Source of the DNA: Monocercomonoides exilis PA203
Taxonomy: Eukaryota; Protista; Preaxostyla
Length of the DNA: 64,000 nt
Direction: 5' to 3'
Assembly: GCA_001643675.2 (NCBI GenBank)
Contig: LSRY02000045.1
Span: 372,001 to 436,000 of the forward strand
The notes beneath the pieces are model-generated. The model saw only the letters and a list, made by a program, of their open reading frames with translations, was not told the origin of the DNA and ran no database searches. Within the stretch, counting starts at the first letter, position 1. Each line of letters begins with the position of its first letter. Of this stretch, positions 12,183 to 25,869 are shown one piece after another. A program made the position numbers and the translations under genes.

Positions 12183-15100
12183 AATGATTTTGCAATTAAA
12201 TATTCTTCCTCCCCATGTGTGCTAATAACAGACAAATCGACTGTAACAATGGATTCCTGCATTTCCCACCAAAAATCGGAATCTCCGTTTCTTTTGCAAA
12301 GTGGGGCAATCTGTTTCACAAATATGAGTTTGATCCCCCAAAAGAATCTTTGCCCTTCCAGCCTCATTTTTTCATCTGATGATTCAAATTCTATTATTTT
12401 GAGAAATTCCATCGTTGCAGATCTGGCTGTTTCGTCATCAGACTATTTCTTGTTGTCTGGAAAGAACAAAATGGAACAGATTGATAATTGTGCTTTCAGG
12501 AACATGTCAGTGAAATATGACAAGGATAGTGATTACCAAATGGAGCATTCATGCTGCTTGAGTTCAATGGAGAACAGCCTCATTTATTTATGTGTGAATG
12601 CATTTGAAGGAGGGATTTCGAGAGGATCGTATTCTTCACAAGAATTTGTCTGCAAAAACACAACAATAAACTTCGGGAAAAGAGAAACGAATGCTCTTGA
12701 GAAAAAAGAAAAACTGAACACAACAGAAAGTCAATCCTTTTCGTTGTGTGAATGGGAAGATTGCACATCCCTCCATGGAGGCGCTATTTATGTTTATAAC
12801 AATGCAAGTGCAATTCTCACAGTTGAGAATTCTTCATTCACAAGATGCAGTGCTTCTTCGACAAATGGTGGAGGAATATATGCTCAAAGAATAGCTGAAT
12901 GCATTGTGCTCCATACCATATTTGTCCAATGTTCTGCGGAAGCAACAAATAATCATGGGGGAGGCGGAATCATGATCGAAAACATCTGTGTTCAACCAAT
13001 GGTTGACGATTGCTATTTTCAAAACTGTTCATCTGGTAATGATGGAGGGGCAGTTGATCTCCGTCAAACAAATTCTCAAAGGGAAAAGAGATGCATTATC
13101 GATTCATTATTTGTCTCTTGCAATGCAAATCATTCAACCTCATCCGATGGAGGTGCAATTCAACATTGGACTTCCATTGACAAAGCAATCATTTCAAATT
13201 GTTTGTTCCGTAATTGTCATTCCATGTGTGGAGGAGGCGCTGTTGGCATATTAATTATTAGCAACAATATGCAACATTGTTTTATTTCTGCTTTTTCCAC
13301 AACAATACATGCAAAAAAGGTGGGAATGATATTGTTCTTTTTGAATCAACATCAAACAACATTGATTCCTCGTGCTTTTCAACAAGGAATACAACAAATA
13401 GAGTTAGCATAGATGTATATGTAGTGATTGATCAAAGTGTATGGCTTCGAAACGATTTTAGAATAATGAGATTTGTTTCATCTACCGAAACACAACCTTA
13501 TGCAACTGATACAATTAGCTTGTGGACTGAATGAAATTCATCCTTGTGGGACTATCAGGCATTGCTTGACTCAGCTTATTCCTGATATTTTCACAGATAT
13601 TGAGATACTCACAGGAACGATCACAAAAACCAAGAAAGTGGATTGTGGAATTAACACTTTTACTGTTTATGGCCAAAGTGATATGAGCACAGCAATCCAA
13701 ACCGAATTTGAAGCATCTGGGCTGTCTCTTTTTTTCTGTCTCAGCAGGCTCATTAACTGTAATTGTCCTTTCACTTGTGCATGATCCAACACACTCAAAT
13801 AATCGTGGGTCAAGGCTGTTTGAGATAAGTGGAGCAGGAGAAATACATATTAGCAGATTGAACATATCCACAGGAAGCACACAATCAACAGAGACAGCAT
13901 TTTTCACAGAACTGATAAATATTCAGAATGGTGTGCTACAGATGGAAAATGTGAACTGGGCAAAGACGATTTCCACAAATTCATTGTTTTCGATTTTTTC
14001 AACAAATGAAATTTCATTGATTCTTTCCGAGTGTGCCTTTGATGGGATTGAGAGAACAACAAGCCGAGCAGCTGTGATCTCGTTTTCTAATGAAAATGGA
14101 AACATTGATCTGAATTCGAGCACTTTTGAAGGATGTGGAAGCAGAACATCGGCTGATGGGGGATCGATGATGCTGTGTGTTGGGTATGGAAATGAAGTGA
14201 AAGTGAAATGTGGATCTTTTGATGGGTGCTATTGCTCTGCAACATATGGATTTGGGGGAGGAATCTTTCTTCAATTATTGAATGAAAACCCCAATTTCCT
14301 GATCTCTTCTTCCTTTGGGACAAATACAGCCAAGCGGGGAAAAGATATTTTTGTCATTTCACCCAATTTGGAAGTGATCGCAAAGTCACAAAAAATCACA
14401 AGCGTGATAGCCTCTTTGGATTCTTTTGATAAGGTGCAAGGATATAACAATGTAAACAACAGTGTGGCTATTCCTCTGTGCATCTATCTCCTTCACACAC
14501 CGGAAGAAATATATGTGAGTAATACTTAAGCATCCAATCACTCACTCTGTGGAATTGTCCAATTTCCTTGTTTAACAATAAAGTACTCACTCTCACGATT
14601 AGCAAGAGAAAAGAAAATTATTGTGAATGGAATGATTATGATGAGTGATGAATTGGCATTTGCTGAACAGAAACTTGAAATCCGAGGAATCAATGATCAG
14701 AGTGGTTGGACAATCTCCGACGAAAGTGAAACATCCAATTCATCGATGATAACAGCAAATGTTGAAACGATTCTATCAAAACTCATCTTCTCTCTTCCAT
14801 CTTCCCTTCCTCTTCACTCCACTTTCATTTCGTCTTCTTCATCATCAATGACTTTATCTCATTGTTCTCTTTCTCTTCAAAATCCTTTATCTGAATTGGT
14901 ATTTCTGTTTTTATCCGTTGAGTCTGGAACCTTGTATATTGATTCGTTTTCTGCTTCATCGATTGATTTGAGTGGATATCCATTGATCTCGTTGCCTGGA
15001 AGTGGAACAAATACAGAGTTTATGAATACTCCCTGGCTGAACATGACAAACAGCAATTTCACAGAAATCAAAAGAACAGCTGGAAGTGGAGGCTGCGTGA

Positions 15101-18100
15101 GCATTGACAACAGCCATGATGAAAATTCAAATGCAGAAATAAACATTGAAGAATGTGATTTTGATGGATGCTCTGTTTTTGCTGATGGAAGCAGAGGAGG
15201 GGACATTAATGCTCAGCTGAAATGGAATATCCAATTGAATATTATTTCATGCACATTCACAGGATGCACAGCGCCAGCTGGAGAAGATAAGAATGGGTTT
15301 GGGGGAGGGCTGGGGCTGAAGCTGATTGATGAGTATTCTTCGTTTGTGATCTCGTCCCCTGTATTTGACACAAAAAAGCCAAATGTTGCAACATATGGAA
15401 ATGATCTATTTGTTGAGTCATCCAACTTGACGAAGAGCATCACAAACACCTCACTTCCATTTGTATCAGAGCATCTTGCTGATTTTTCCTTGGATTCGAT
15501 GAGAGGTTTCGATGGAAGTGACACAACGAATGCTATTCCTTTGGTGTATTTCTGGCGAACATTTAGTTCGGAAATTTTTATTGGAGGTGAAGGTTGTGAT
15601 GTGTGTGTCTGTGGGCTTTCTGATTATCCTTGCCAATCATTCGATTATTCTCTGGATCGACTGCCTGAAGGAAATAAAAAGAATATTAACATCATTGGAA
15701 AAGGAGTTCTCCAAAAAGGTGTTGTTGTGAGTGGAGTTTCAGTGAAATCGGATGAGAGCATCACGTGCTCATTGGAATGTGTCTCATCGCTTGAAGGAGA
15801 TGAAGGAGTAGCAATGAAGATTTCTGGAATTACCACTTTCGAACTGATAAACTTTGTAGTTCCATCATCATTTGTAAATGGAGTCAATGTTTTGTTGTAC
15901 GTTGGCTCAAGCGAGGGATTGCTGACTGTGAAAGACTGCTCATTCACCAAGAAAGGAGATGACAGAGAAGAAGTGACTCATTATGGGCTGATCATAGCAG
16001 ATGGAGGTTCAGTTGTGTTGGACTTTGTGACAATGCAATCACTTTGCTTTTCACAGGATGTTATTTCTGTGTTGTCAATAACAGCGTTGAATTTGAAAAA
16101 TCTGACAATGAAGAATATTGATCTGGATGGGGAAAGTGGATTGAACATTTCAAAGTGTTAAAGAAGAGAAAACAATGAATTTGAACAAAATATTGTTATT
16201 GAGTGGAGTGTATTCGAAGAAGTCACCCAGAACACAACTGATGATATTCCCATCATTCGGAACAAAAATGATGAAGAGCCATTGAAAATGGTTATTAGAA
16301 ACACAACAATGAAGAGGTGCGGCGGATCGAAATGTGAAAAGGGAGGAGGGATGTTTTCTGTGTTGAATGAGGAAGGAAAGTTTGACTGCTCATTTTGCGA
16401 GATTTCTGAGTGCTTCTGCTCAACCACTGGAAGAGGTGGCTGGCTGTTTCTGGAGTGCACCTCGGTGGCTGAGCAGCCTCTGAATTTTGTGTTGTCGAGT
16501 ATTACATTCAAAGACAACTCTGCGTTCAGGGGAAAAGATGTGTATATGAGATGCCACTCAATTGAAACACAGATTGTTGAAGAGCTATTCTTGCTGGATT
16601 TCAGAGTGCCGTTTGTGAAAGAGCTGGCGATATGAGGATGCACAACAGACTCTTTTGTGGAGGAAGAAGATCTTCTGCTGAGAGTGGTGAAATATCTGAG
16701 CGAGACGATATTTGTGTCTTCAGTTTCTGAAAATCACAAAGATAGCAAGCAATGTGGAGAGTTCAACATGCCTTGTGAGTTATTGAGCTTTGGAGTGAAT
16801 CACATCATTCCTTCATCGTATTCGCAGCTGTTGATCTCGAAGGAGACGGTTATTGTTGGGGAATGTGATGTGCATGATGTAATTATCCGCTCATTGCAAC
16901 CTCAGTCAGCTGCTTTTGTGTATCTGAACTCAACAATTGCTGGAAATGAAGAAAATCTGATCACAATCTCAGAGAAAGTTCGGATAGAAAGTGTGAAATT
17001 CAATTTTGGCCAGTCGTTTTCATATTCAGGCAGTTCTATTATCCATGAAACAAATGGCCAATTATCTCTTTCTTTTGTTGATTTTTCTTCGATTGGCCAA
17101 TCAGAAAGCATTGAATCTATTGTTCTCAATTCAACATAGTTGAACATCGAAAATGGATTTCTTCATGTTGATAACTGCTCAATATCAATGATTTCGTTCA
17201 AGAAACCATTCTTTCAGTTTTGTGGGGATGAGATTTCGATGACAAACATGAAGCTGGAACAGATTGAATCAACAAGAAATGTTGTTGAGATTGGGCAATG
17301 TGGAAGTGTTGTGCTGAATGGAATTGATGCAGATGGAGTGAAATTGTCTGATGGCTGTATCTTTTCTATAAATGATTCAACTTTAGGAACAATTTCCATT
17401 GGAAGCTCCTTATTCATAAATTGCTCGAGGAGCTCAAAAAGAGCTTCTGTTTTCTCTGCTTCTTCATCATCCTCTCAAATAGCTCTTTCCAATTGCTCTT
17501 GCTCAAACTGTAATTCTCTGACAGACAAAGAAAGTGTGATGGAGATTGGAAACGCGAAGAATGTTTCGATGCATATGTGTAAAATTGAAAAAATTCTCAC
17601 AAAAGAAAGCGAAAGAGAAAGAAATAAAGATTTTTAAGAAATATGTGAATGGGGTGGATCGCTTGTCCATTCAACTAATTCTTCAATCGTAATGAAAGAT
17701 GTGGCAATATTGAATTCTTCGAAAGGCGGGTTATCAGTGTTTGCCAGCAATGTGATAATTGAGAAAGGAGAGTTTTTGAATAACAATCCATCGATTGAAG
17801 GATATCCATCAATGAGAAGAAACATCATTTGTTTAAATTTAGGAACATTGAATATGAAAAGTTTGAAAGGAGGAGATGGAGTTTTGCCAAATTCATCACT
17901 TTGGATGTTGAATGAAGGGTGCAATTTTGAAGGGATTGCTTCAGAGAGGGATTCATCATTCTTCATTTTTGTTCTGGAAAGTGTGGAAGCAAAAGAAGAA
18001 GCAAACAGAATGAAGCTGACATTCAAAGGAATGCTTCTTATTCCATGCAATTTGTCATTCTCTGTTGTGAAGAGGAAAGGAGAAGAGAAAGAGATTGAAA

Positions 18101-19663
18101 AATATGATTTTGATTCAAATGGATTCTTATCGGAAAGAGAAGTCGAAGGAAGTGCTGCAAAAGATCTCGCCAGCAGTTGTGGAGATGAAATCGAGGTGAG
18201 TGTGCATATTTTATTTGGTAATGCAGAATCTCCTTCGTCAACAAATTCATTCATTCTGAAGAATGCAAATGAAACAAAAACAAATAAGAATGAAAGGATT
18301 GTTGAAGGAGGAAAAGAAGGGAAATCGATATGGCTGTTGGTTGTTATAGTGCAAGTTGTGACATTGTTTATTGTTCTGATTGGATTTATAATGTTTGTTG
18401 TTCGACGGAGAAAGCAAAAGAGAAGAACAGAAGAACTGGAAGAGATTGTGAATGAATCAGTGAAGAAGGATCCGAAGGCCTTTGAGATGGTGACGATGGT
18501 GATGTCTCCTGAGGAGCAGTGGAGGAGAGCGGAGAGAGAAGCGGAGAAGAAGAACGAAGAGAGGATTAAGAAGAGGGTGTATGATACGAATATGCAACAT
18601 TCAGAGTCATCAGAGCATCTTCTGTCTGAGAGTGGTTCCACTGAATATATTCTGGGGAGAGATTCGGACAAGATTCCTGAATGGATGTTGGAAAAAGTTG
18701 AAGAAAAAGAGGAGGAAGAGACAAGAAAGAGAACACCTTCTCCATCCATTTCATCCACCTCAACAACAGGCACTTCAGACTCAGATTCAACTTTTGTCCG
18801 AGGAGAGGATCTTTGTCCAACCACCTCGTCAATGTCGAATCTTGTCGATGCAATGGCCTGCTCATCGCCTCACGAGAAGCTGATTGTGGATCTGAGGGAT
18901 TCATTGTTCATGCTGCTGCATGGAAGGAATGAGAAGAAAGAGATGGCGATTGGCGCTCTTCAGCAAAGAGAGCAAACAGCTGCCCAGATCCTGTTCTGGG
19001 TGGCGAATCTCTCACTCCACTCGTTAGATGAAATGGAAGTTCCACTTTCCTCTCTTTCCAATCTGAGTCCACACATTGTTCTCTTCTCAGAACACATGGT
19101 GATCTGCATTGTCATGCACTCAGACTGTTCATCAGACTCGGATTCTTCGTCCATCTCCTCATCAACAGTTGTGACTTCTACAAGCGACGACGACGATGAT
19201 GATGACAGAGACTCTCTGCCCTCATCAGCGTTTGAGGATGAAGACAGCTTCAAAAAAGAGTGCTTGAGGTGGAAGGCGCCAGAACAGCTGATCAACAAGA
19301 AGATTGGAGCGAAACTTAATTCCAGATTTATTTGATGATGCTGTGGGAGTGCCTGACACTGGATATCCCATTTAAAGAATATGAGGCAGTTATAGCTGGG
19401 CAGAAGATTGTGAATGTGGAGAGGCCAGACATGAAGGGGGTTTCAGGGAACACATTTGAGGTAGTTGTGAAGAGCTGATTGTTGGAGAGAGGATGCGAGC
19501 GTGGGAGCTGAATGTGCTGAAGAGAGAGTTCATCCAACACTTTCTTTCAGGCATGGTGATGGTAACGATTTCAGATGCGATTGGATACAACGAGATGTCA
19601 GAGGAAGATGGATTGAGTGTGTCAGCAGAAAAAAGAAAGCTGATTGAAAGCATGAACAAATGA
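12183..19663 (+). pseudogene. Beta-helix ectodomain - TM - tyrosine-kinase-like (pseudo)kinase receptor pseudogene
   Basis: Colinear ORF fragments 12219-13412, 13277-13534, 13473-13784, 13708-14529, 14623-16161, 16282-16635, 16657-17139, 17140-17637, 17692-19335. There are 3 frameshifts, then 5 in-frame stops, then a further break near 19320. TM IWLLVVIVQVVTLFIVLIGFIMFVV-RRRK; kinase subdomain VIII-IX remnants CLRWKAPE and MLWECLTLDIPF; no HRD/DFG recognisable. Confidence 0.88.
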
Positions 19664-19911
19664 TGGGAATGAGGAGGAATTTGAAAATTAATGTTGAACG
19701 AGAAGTTTTTTTTATCTGTGAATGAAATGAGTGTTATTTTTTTCTCGATAATGCATCATTTGTTGTTTTCTGTTTGTGGCGTGCTTGCTACGACTTCAAT
19801 TGGCTTTTTGATGCAATTTCTTGTTTATAGAATTGTTTTTTTGAGGATGTGAATGCGAACTTTTTTTTTATAAATGGTAAATTATTTTTGAAAAGTTCAT
19901 TTTGTTCAATA

Positions 19912-21902
19912 GGGTCATCTTTTTATTGGCACTTTTTTCTTTATTTGCACCAAAATATTTTGAAATGAAAAAAAGTTAAAAACACATCAAAAAAATACAA
20001 AACTCGAATCAATTACTCTTTTCACTTTTCTTTTTCCATTTTCACGTTCAAAGGGGTCAAATTCATCACTTGTTTCATCGTCATCATTCTTTATTTTTCT
20101 GAATTGTTCTTTCACTTTTTTTTTTAAAGGCAATTCTTCTTCTTCAATTTCCTTTTCTTTTTCTTCAATTTATTCAATTTACATCTTGTGTTTTTCATTA
20201 TATTCATCCCATTCATCAAAAAGCTTTTATTTTGTTCTTTCTTTTCCGCAGAAGTCGAAACAATGTGAATGAGAAGGAATGAAGTATTGAGAAGACTGAG
20301 GAAGCTTCATCAACACAGATCCAGATCCATCGCTGAGGACTCCGCTGTTGATGAAAGCTTTGTTGATCACCGATGGGATGAATGCTGTGTGAAGGGCTTG
20401 TGGAAACACATCTGCAACAGTTGTTCTTTTTGAAGATGAGGAGGTGGATGATGGGGAGCTGTAATTGTTTGAAAGCTCCGACTTCAATACTGCTGATACA
20501 CCACCGTACAGCGGCTGCGATTTGTGCGCAGTATGTGGAACGAAGGTGACGACGTCTATTTCGGCTTCCTTGAACTGTCTCCATATCGCTGGATCTGCCC
20601 GTGATGAGCGCTAGTCCAGGAATAGAAGGTAACGATGAGTTTCTTTAAAAATTCGCTTTTTTCTGTCAATGATAGCTGGCAGCAGAACTGTTAAAGAGTA
20701 TTTTTTGAATAATTCTCAATCCTTCGAGCATTTTTGTTTGGCGAAATATCAAGAGAAGGCGTTAACAATGTTGTCAGTTCTTTTGGAAGTGTTACGCTCG
20801 GCCACAGCACGATCGAAGGAAGCGAGAAACCATCAGCAGCTTTTCTAGTAACGACAATTGCATTCTGCATCCGTTCGGCAGTCTTTTTGAATCCAGCTTG
20901 TTCATCCTGCAGAATGAACAACAAAGCCACGTGTAGAAGTTGGAATTCGAAGCGAAGATTCATCTATATTGAAGATTAATTCTTCTGGATATTTGTTTTC
21001 ATCGTGTAATGATTGAAATTCTGTATACCACGGCTTTAGGATTTTCTGACAAGATGCTGCAAATCTGTTGATATCAACTTTCTTTGGGAGCGAAGACTTC
21101 AGTTCCGGATGTCTCTGCATGAAAGCGTAAACTGTTTTCAAAGTGACTGTCTTTTTCTTCTTTTCTTCATTTTCTCCTCTTCTTCACTGTCGTTATATAT
21201 ATTTTCCATCGAAATACAAATTCATATACAATTCAAATGTCAATAACAAACCAGATCGCGCGCTTTTCGTAATGAGTGGCTTGTCCCAGATCGGGATTCA
21301 ATTGTGACTTCTTCCAAGAATTGCTTTTCTTTTTCACCAATGATAATTGGTGGGTGCCCAACTTTTTCAATTGGCCTGGTAATTTTTATTGCTTCAACAG
21401 CGTGCTCCAAAGTTTTTTTTTTTGATTCCACCGTATTAATCCCCGTCGACCAGCCTGACAACATTGTCATTTACAATGTGTGCAATCCTTTCTAATCTTG
21501 AACTATATTTTCTGTAATGCAATGGAGACATTGCTTCCTTCAGCCTCTTCTGTGCCGCTTCAGCTTTCTTTTTCACTAGTAATTTCATATATGTTTAATG
21601 TGTAATGATCATTAATATATTTTTTTTATTTGTAAATTCTCATTAAAGAATTTTAAATTGATATTTAAATTTTTGAATGAATTAGAAATATTTTCAAACC
21701 TTTGAACAGTCCAATTTCTCATGAAAGCTCAACGGAATGACTTGAACCTTTCCATTTCCCCACATGGGAAATTGGATTTCTTTCAAAATTCAAATATCGG
21801 AATAGATCACATTTGTATATATACTAAAAATATATATTAATATATCATTTGTGGGTCAGATTGATTTTTATTTAAAAAAAAAGTGCCAATAAAAAGATGA
21901 CC
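19912..21902 (-). mobile_element. pogo/Fot1-like (Tc1/mariner superfamily) DNA transposon, defective
   Basis: TIR GGTCATCTTTTTATTGGCACTTTTTT at both ends; TA flanks (19910-11, 21903-04); internal DDE_1-type transposase remnants. Confidence 0.85.
20050..21588 (-). pseudogene. Degenerate pogo-type DDE transposase
   Basis: ATG 21588 MKLLVKKKAE; HTH-like GHPPII..EKEKQF; FMQRHPEL; LIFNIDES (first catalytic D, NxDET-like); ERMQNAIVV..AADG..LP; frameshifts and stops. Confidence 0.8.
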
Positions 21903-21904
21903 TA

Positions 21905-21965
21905 AATTTCTGAAAAAGTTTGGAACAAATCTTTGTTTTTTCACAAAACAAGAAATTTCATCCCA
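21905..21965 (+). mobile_element. Right-hand fragment of 180-bp MITE family 1 abutting the pogo element
   Basis: AGTTTGGAACAAATCTTTGTTTTTT...AAATTTCATCCCA matches 27457-27506. Confidence 0.55.
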
Positions 21966-22094
21966 TACACAAACGAAATATCCACAAAAAAGATGTTCAA
22001 TTTTAATGTTGATTTTTCAATGAAAGATAACACTGCTCTTGTTAATCGCAGAACAACAAAAATTAATCAACATCTAAATAGAAGTTATTCAATA

Positions 22095-23056
22095 TGGTCA
22101 ATTTTTTTATGGGACTTTTTTCCTTATTGGCTTTTTTTTGTTTTTGATCGCCAACTTTCAACAAACGTTGATTGGCTTTTTTCACTTTTATACAACGTTT
22201 TAACAAGTTTTAAACAATCCAGTACTTGTTTGTTTTATTATTTTTGTTTGTTTCTCACTGAGTTATCCCGTTTTTTTGTATTTTAAAAGGTCACTTTTCT
22301 CAGCGAACCAGGCAACTCACAAGTTATTGACGAGTTGTTTTGAATAGCATAAACTATAATCAAACTATTTTTGAAATTCTTCTTTTTCACATTTCATTTT
22401 TTTTGACAACATGCAAGGACAAAACTGATTATTTCTTTGTAAATATGATGAAATGATAAAAAATAATAAATTTGTAATGAAAATCAAATATCCTTATTAT
22501 GAAGTGTTGTTAAAATAAAACATTGATTTTTTCTATTTGTCTTTAAAGGGCTATTGGCTCCAACTTAAAACGATCAACGATCAAATTTTTGTTGCAAAAA
22601 TAAAAAAATCTTGACAAATAGAAAAAATTGGAGTTTGTTTTAACTACACTTCATTATTTAAGTGTTAGCGTTTCATATCAAATTTTAATTTTTATCATTT
22701 CATCATATTTACAAAGAAATAATCAGTTTTGTCCATGCATGTTGTTAAAAAAAATGAAATGTGAAAAAAAAGAATTTCAAAATAGTTAGATTATAGTTTA
22801 TGCTATTCAAAACAACTCATCAATTTCTTGTGAGTTGCCTGGTTTGCTGAGAAAAGTGACTTTTAAAAATACAAAAAAACGCGATATCTCAGTGAGAAAC
22901 AAACAAAAATAATAAAACAAACAAGTACTGAATTGTTTAAAACTTGTTAAAACGTTGTATAAAAGTGAAAAAAGCCAATCAATGTTTGTTGAAAGTTGGC
23001 GATCAAAAACAAAAAAAGTGCCAATAAGTCAAAAAGTCCCATAAAAAAATTGACCC
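22095..23056. mobile_element. Non-autonomous foldback element with ~370-bp TIRs, pogo-type ends
   Basis: 22095-22463 is the near-perfect reverse complement of 22689-23056; ends (T/G)GGTCA...TGACCC, TA flanks; contains the TTATTGGCACTTTTTT motif of the neighbouring pogo TIR. Confidence 0.9.
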
Positions 23057-23128
23057 TATAGAATTTTTATAGAGAGAAAAATAAGGAATATATTCAAAAA
23101 CAAATGTTAATAATTTTAAATATATATA

Positions 23129-23398
23129 TGGGGGAAAATACTATCTTTCAAGCTTTTTTTGCACAAAGCACGAAAAAATTGCTTCACTTATAACATTGTT
23201 TCTCCCACTCAGATTTCAAAATAAATTTGATTTTCAAATGCTTTAATAGGCATTGCAGAAATTAAAATAAAAAGTTTTCCGATATTTCGTGTTTGTCAAA
23301 AAATGAACACATTTTTATAATGTTTTTTGATAAAAAAAAGTCAATGAAAAGTGCATAAGTTTTCAATGAAAATGCCTGAAGTTAAATATTTTTCCCCA
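23129..23398 (+). mobile_element. ~270-bp MITE (TGGG...CCCA family 2)
   Basis: TIR TGGGGGAAAATA / TATTTTTCCCCA, TA flanks; inverted homolog at 37097-37362. Confidence 0.8.
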
Positions 23399-23845
23399 TA
23401 TAACATTAAAATGTTTTTCTTTTATTTTTTTACAACTGTTATCTTTGATTATGACTGATGTTCATTGATCCTTTTATCATTTGGAAAATTGAATTCGATT
23501 TTCTATCGTTAAAAAACCCATGGATCTTTTAAACCCGGATTTCAAGAAAAAATGGAAAACAATTATCTCTTCCAATAACATTTTCTTCAATAAATTTATT
23601 TTCCGTTAAGTGTAGACATTTATTTGCCATCCAAACAAAAATCAAATATCATTTAAATTCAATTTTCAATGTTGAAAGAATCAAATTAATATAATTCTCA
23701 TTCTTCATAAAGAAATAAAATAAAATTAATACCAGCAATTCAGTGAATAACTTTAATTGCTCAATGAATTCTGCAATGTTACATTTCATGTTACACAAAT
23801 AGTAAATCAAAATTGATTTTCACATTTTTTCATTTATGATGAAAT

Positions 23846-24051
23846 GGCTGATCCTTTTTGAAATCAGACTTTCGTTCGAGTTTTGATCAAATTTTTTTTA
23901 TCAATGGGATTTTGAAAAATTGAACAAAAACTGTGAATACATATAGTTCATTATGTTATTATTATAAAAACAAAATTATTTCCAAAAACTTATTGAGATG
24001 GAAATTTCGATCAAAACTCGAACGAAAGTATGATTTCATAAAGGATCAGCC
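23846..24051. mobile_element. ~205-bp MITE with ~55-bp TIRs and 4-bp AAAT direct flanks
   Basis: GGCTGATCCTTTTTGAAATCAGACTTTCGTTCGAGTTTTGATC vs GATCAAAACTCGAACGAAAGTATGATTTCATAAAGGATCAGCC; AAAT on both sides. Confidence 0.8.
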
Positions 24052-25610
24052 AAATAACAAAATCATATAAATATCAGTGTCAAAAACGTTATCATTGCCT
24101 TTATTAAAAAATGAATAAGCCACATCTGAAATTTAATTACGAAACTCAATTTTTCAAAAAAATATTCGAACTTTGAAAAGTTTATTTTTCAACGAAGAAT
24201 GTTTTTGTCGATTCTGGAACAATTTTTTACTGCTCGTGGAACTGAATAATAGCTGCAGAGAAGTGGAAAAGGCCTGCGGCAGTGATCAGAAGACTACAAA
24301 GAATTCCACAAGATTTATTATAAAAAATTGATAAACAAGTTATAGTTCATTTTTAAAAGGGAAGCAAATAAAGTGAAAAATGTTAACAGAATGGTGTCTG
24401 AAATTAATTAATAAAAAACAAATCTTTATTTTGACATTTTCAGATTGTGAAATATATCGAGTAATTTTTGCACAACGAAGAAGAAAAAATAATATCAGGT
24501 TTATTTCAGTGAATTTCGCGATTCAAAAAAGCAGTGTTTTGAAACTAGGGCTTTCAAAACCTTTGGACCCAGCGAAAATATCTTCACAATTATCTTATGC
24601 TGTCCTAAAATGTTACGAATAACTTAATCAGATGGTGAACAACAATGAAATTGGTGCATCATGAATATTAAATATCGACGAAACTTTTCTTTATTTTGGG
24701 ACGATTCTTGCAAACGAGTTGTTTATTTACAAAATCAGAAACACTCTTCAACACTGTTTTCAAAAAAAAACTTAATCTCTTTGTGCATGTGCAGACCGAT
24801 CTTGCAAACATTATTGTCTTCTTTAGCCAGCAAAAAAGAAACGTACACAAAATTTCTCTCGTCATCTTCATTAAACTTTAACGAAATATTTGCTTCATCG
24901 AAATGGATAACAACGAAAATCTTCGAAAAAATAATGTGCGAAAAATTGTTAATTTTAATTGGATAAAAAATGAAAAATGATGAATAAAATTGAATATTTT
25001 CACTATGGACAACCATTCATCATATTCCAGTGAAGCCTTTGAAACGCTTGTTTAAAGAAAAAGCATCATAATCAAAAAATTTCTAATAGACTTGACTCAT
25101 CTTCTTCAACCGTGCGATAACTTCATTTTTTGTAAAGGTTCTAAAAAAAATCTCAATAATAACTTCAAAATTTTATCTGATCGATCTTTTTCAACATTTC
25201 TCTCTACTGTCTTTGACATTCTCCCAGAAGCTCTTTCTGCAGCTTTTACTTCTTCAAATATAAAACATTGATTCAAACAAACAGGTGGTTTGCTGGACAA
25301 AGTTGCTCTGAAGTGAGAAAAAATAATCGTGAAATTAAAAAAACCAATCATGATGTGTTGAAAAAACAAAGAACAATTGTATGGACTGTTTTTTCCAACG
25401 AAAAAGAAACATGAAGAAAAAGCTATAGGGAACTTGAAAACTGTAAAGAAAAGAGCAAAATAATTGAGAATGGAGAAGATAAAGAAAGAAAAAGGACTTC
25501 AGCAATTTGAAGATTGTCAGTTTTGATAAAGAAGAAAAAGTAAAAAACAAGTAATGATTTTTCGAAATTGATGAGAAATGAAGATAAGGATGAGATTTCT
25601 GAGATGAATA

Positions 25611-25869
25611 TGGGTGATTATTTATGAAATCATAACATTTTTCGGGGTGTCGATTTTTCAAACGTTGTTTGTAATTGTGAAAAGACTTTGTGTTTAAATT
25701 GTCAAATTATCACAACTGCAATCAAAACAAATGTTCAAGCTAAAATAGAGATAAAGATATTTTTTAACAAGCTTTTTCACTTTTCAGTATTCTTTGGTTT
25801 ATTTTCAAAAGATATTTTCGAACCGAATTCTTTGCATTGGAAAAATATGATATCAAAAATAATCATCCA
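25611..25869 (+). mobile_element. ~260-bp MITE (TGGG...CCCA family 3), copy 1
   Basis: TIR TGGGTGATTATTTATGA / TCAAAAATAATCATCCA, TA flanks; homologous to 26853-27108 and 48391-48650. Confidence 0.8.

Noticed and set aside
13708-19335. Five consecutive in-frame stops suggesting stop-codon reassignment (TAR=Gln is known in some oxymonads) or readthrough
   Set aside because: Stops include TAA, TAG and TGA at positions best read as Glu, Leu and Trp single-base mutations; the same gene has frameshifts; CAA/CAG are used normally and other ORFs end in TAA/TAG.
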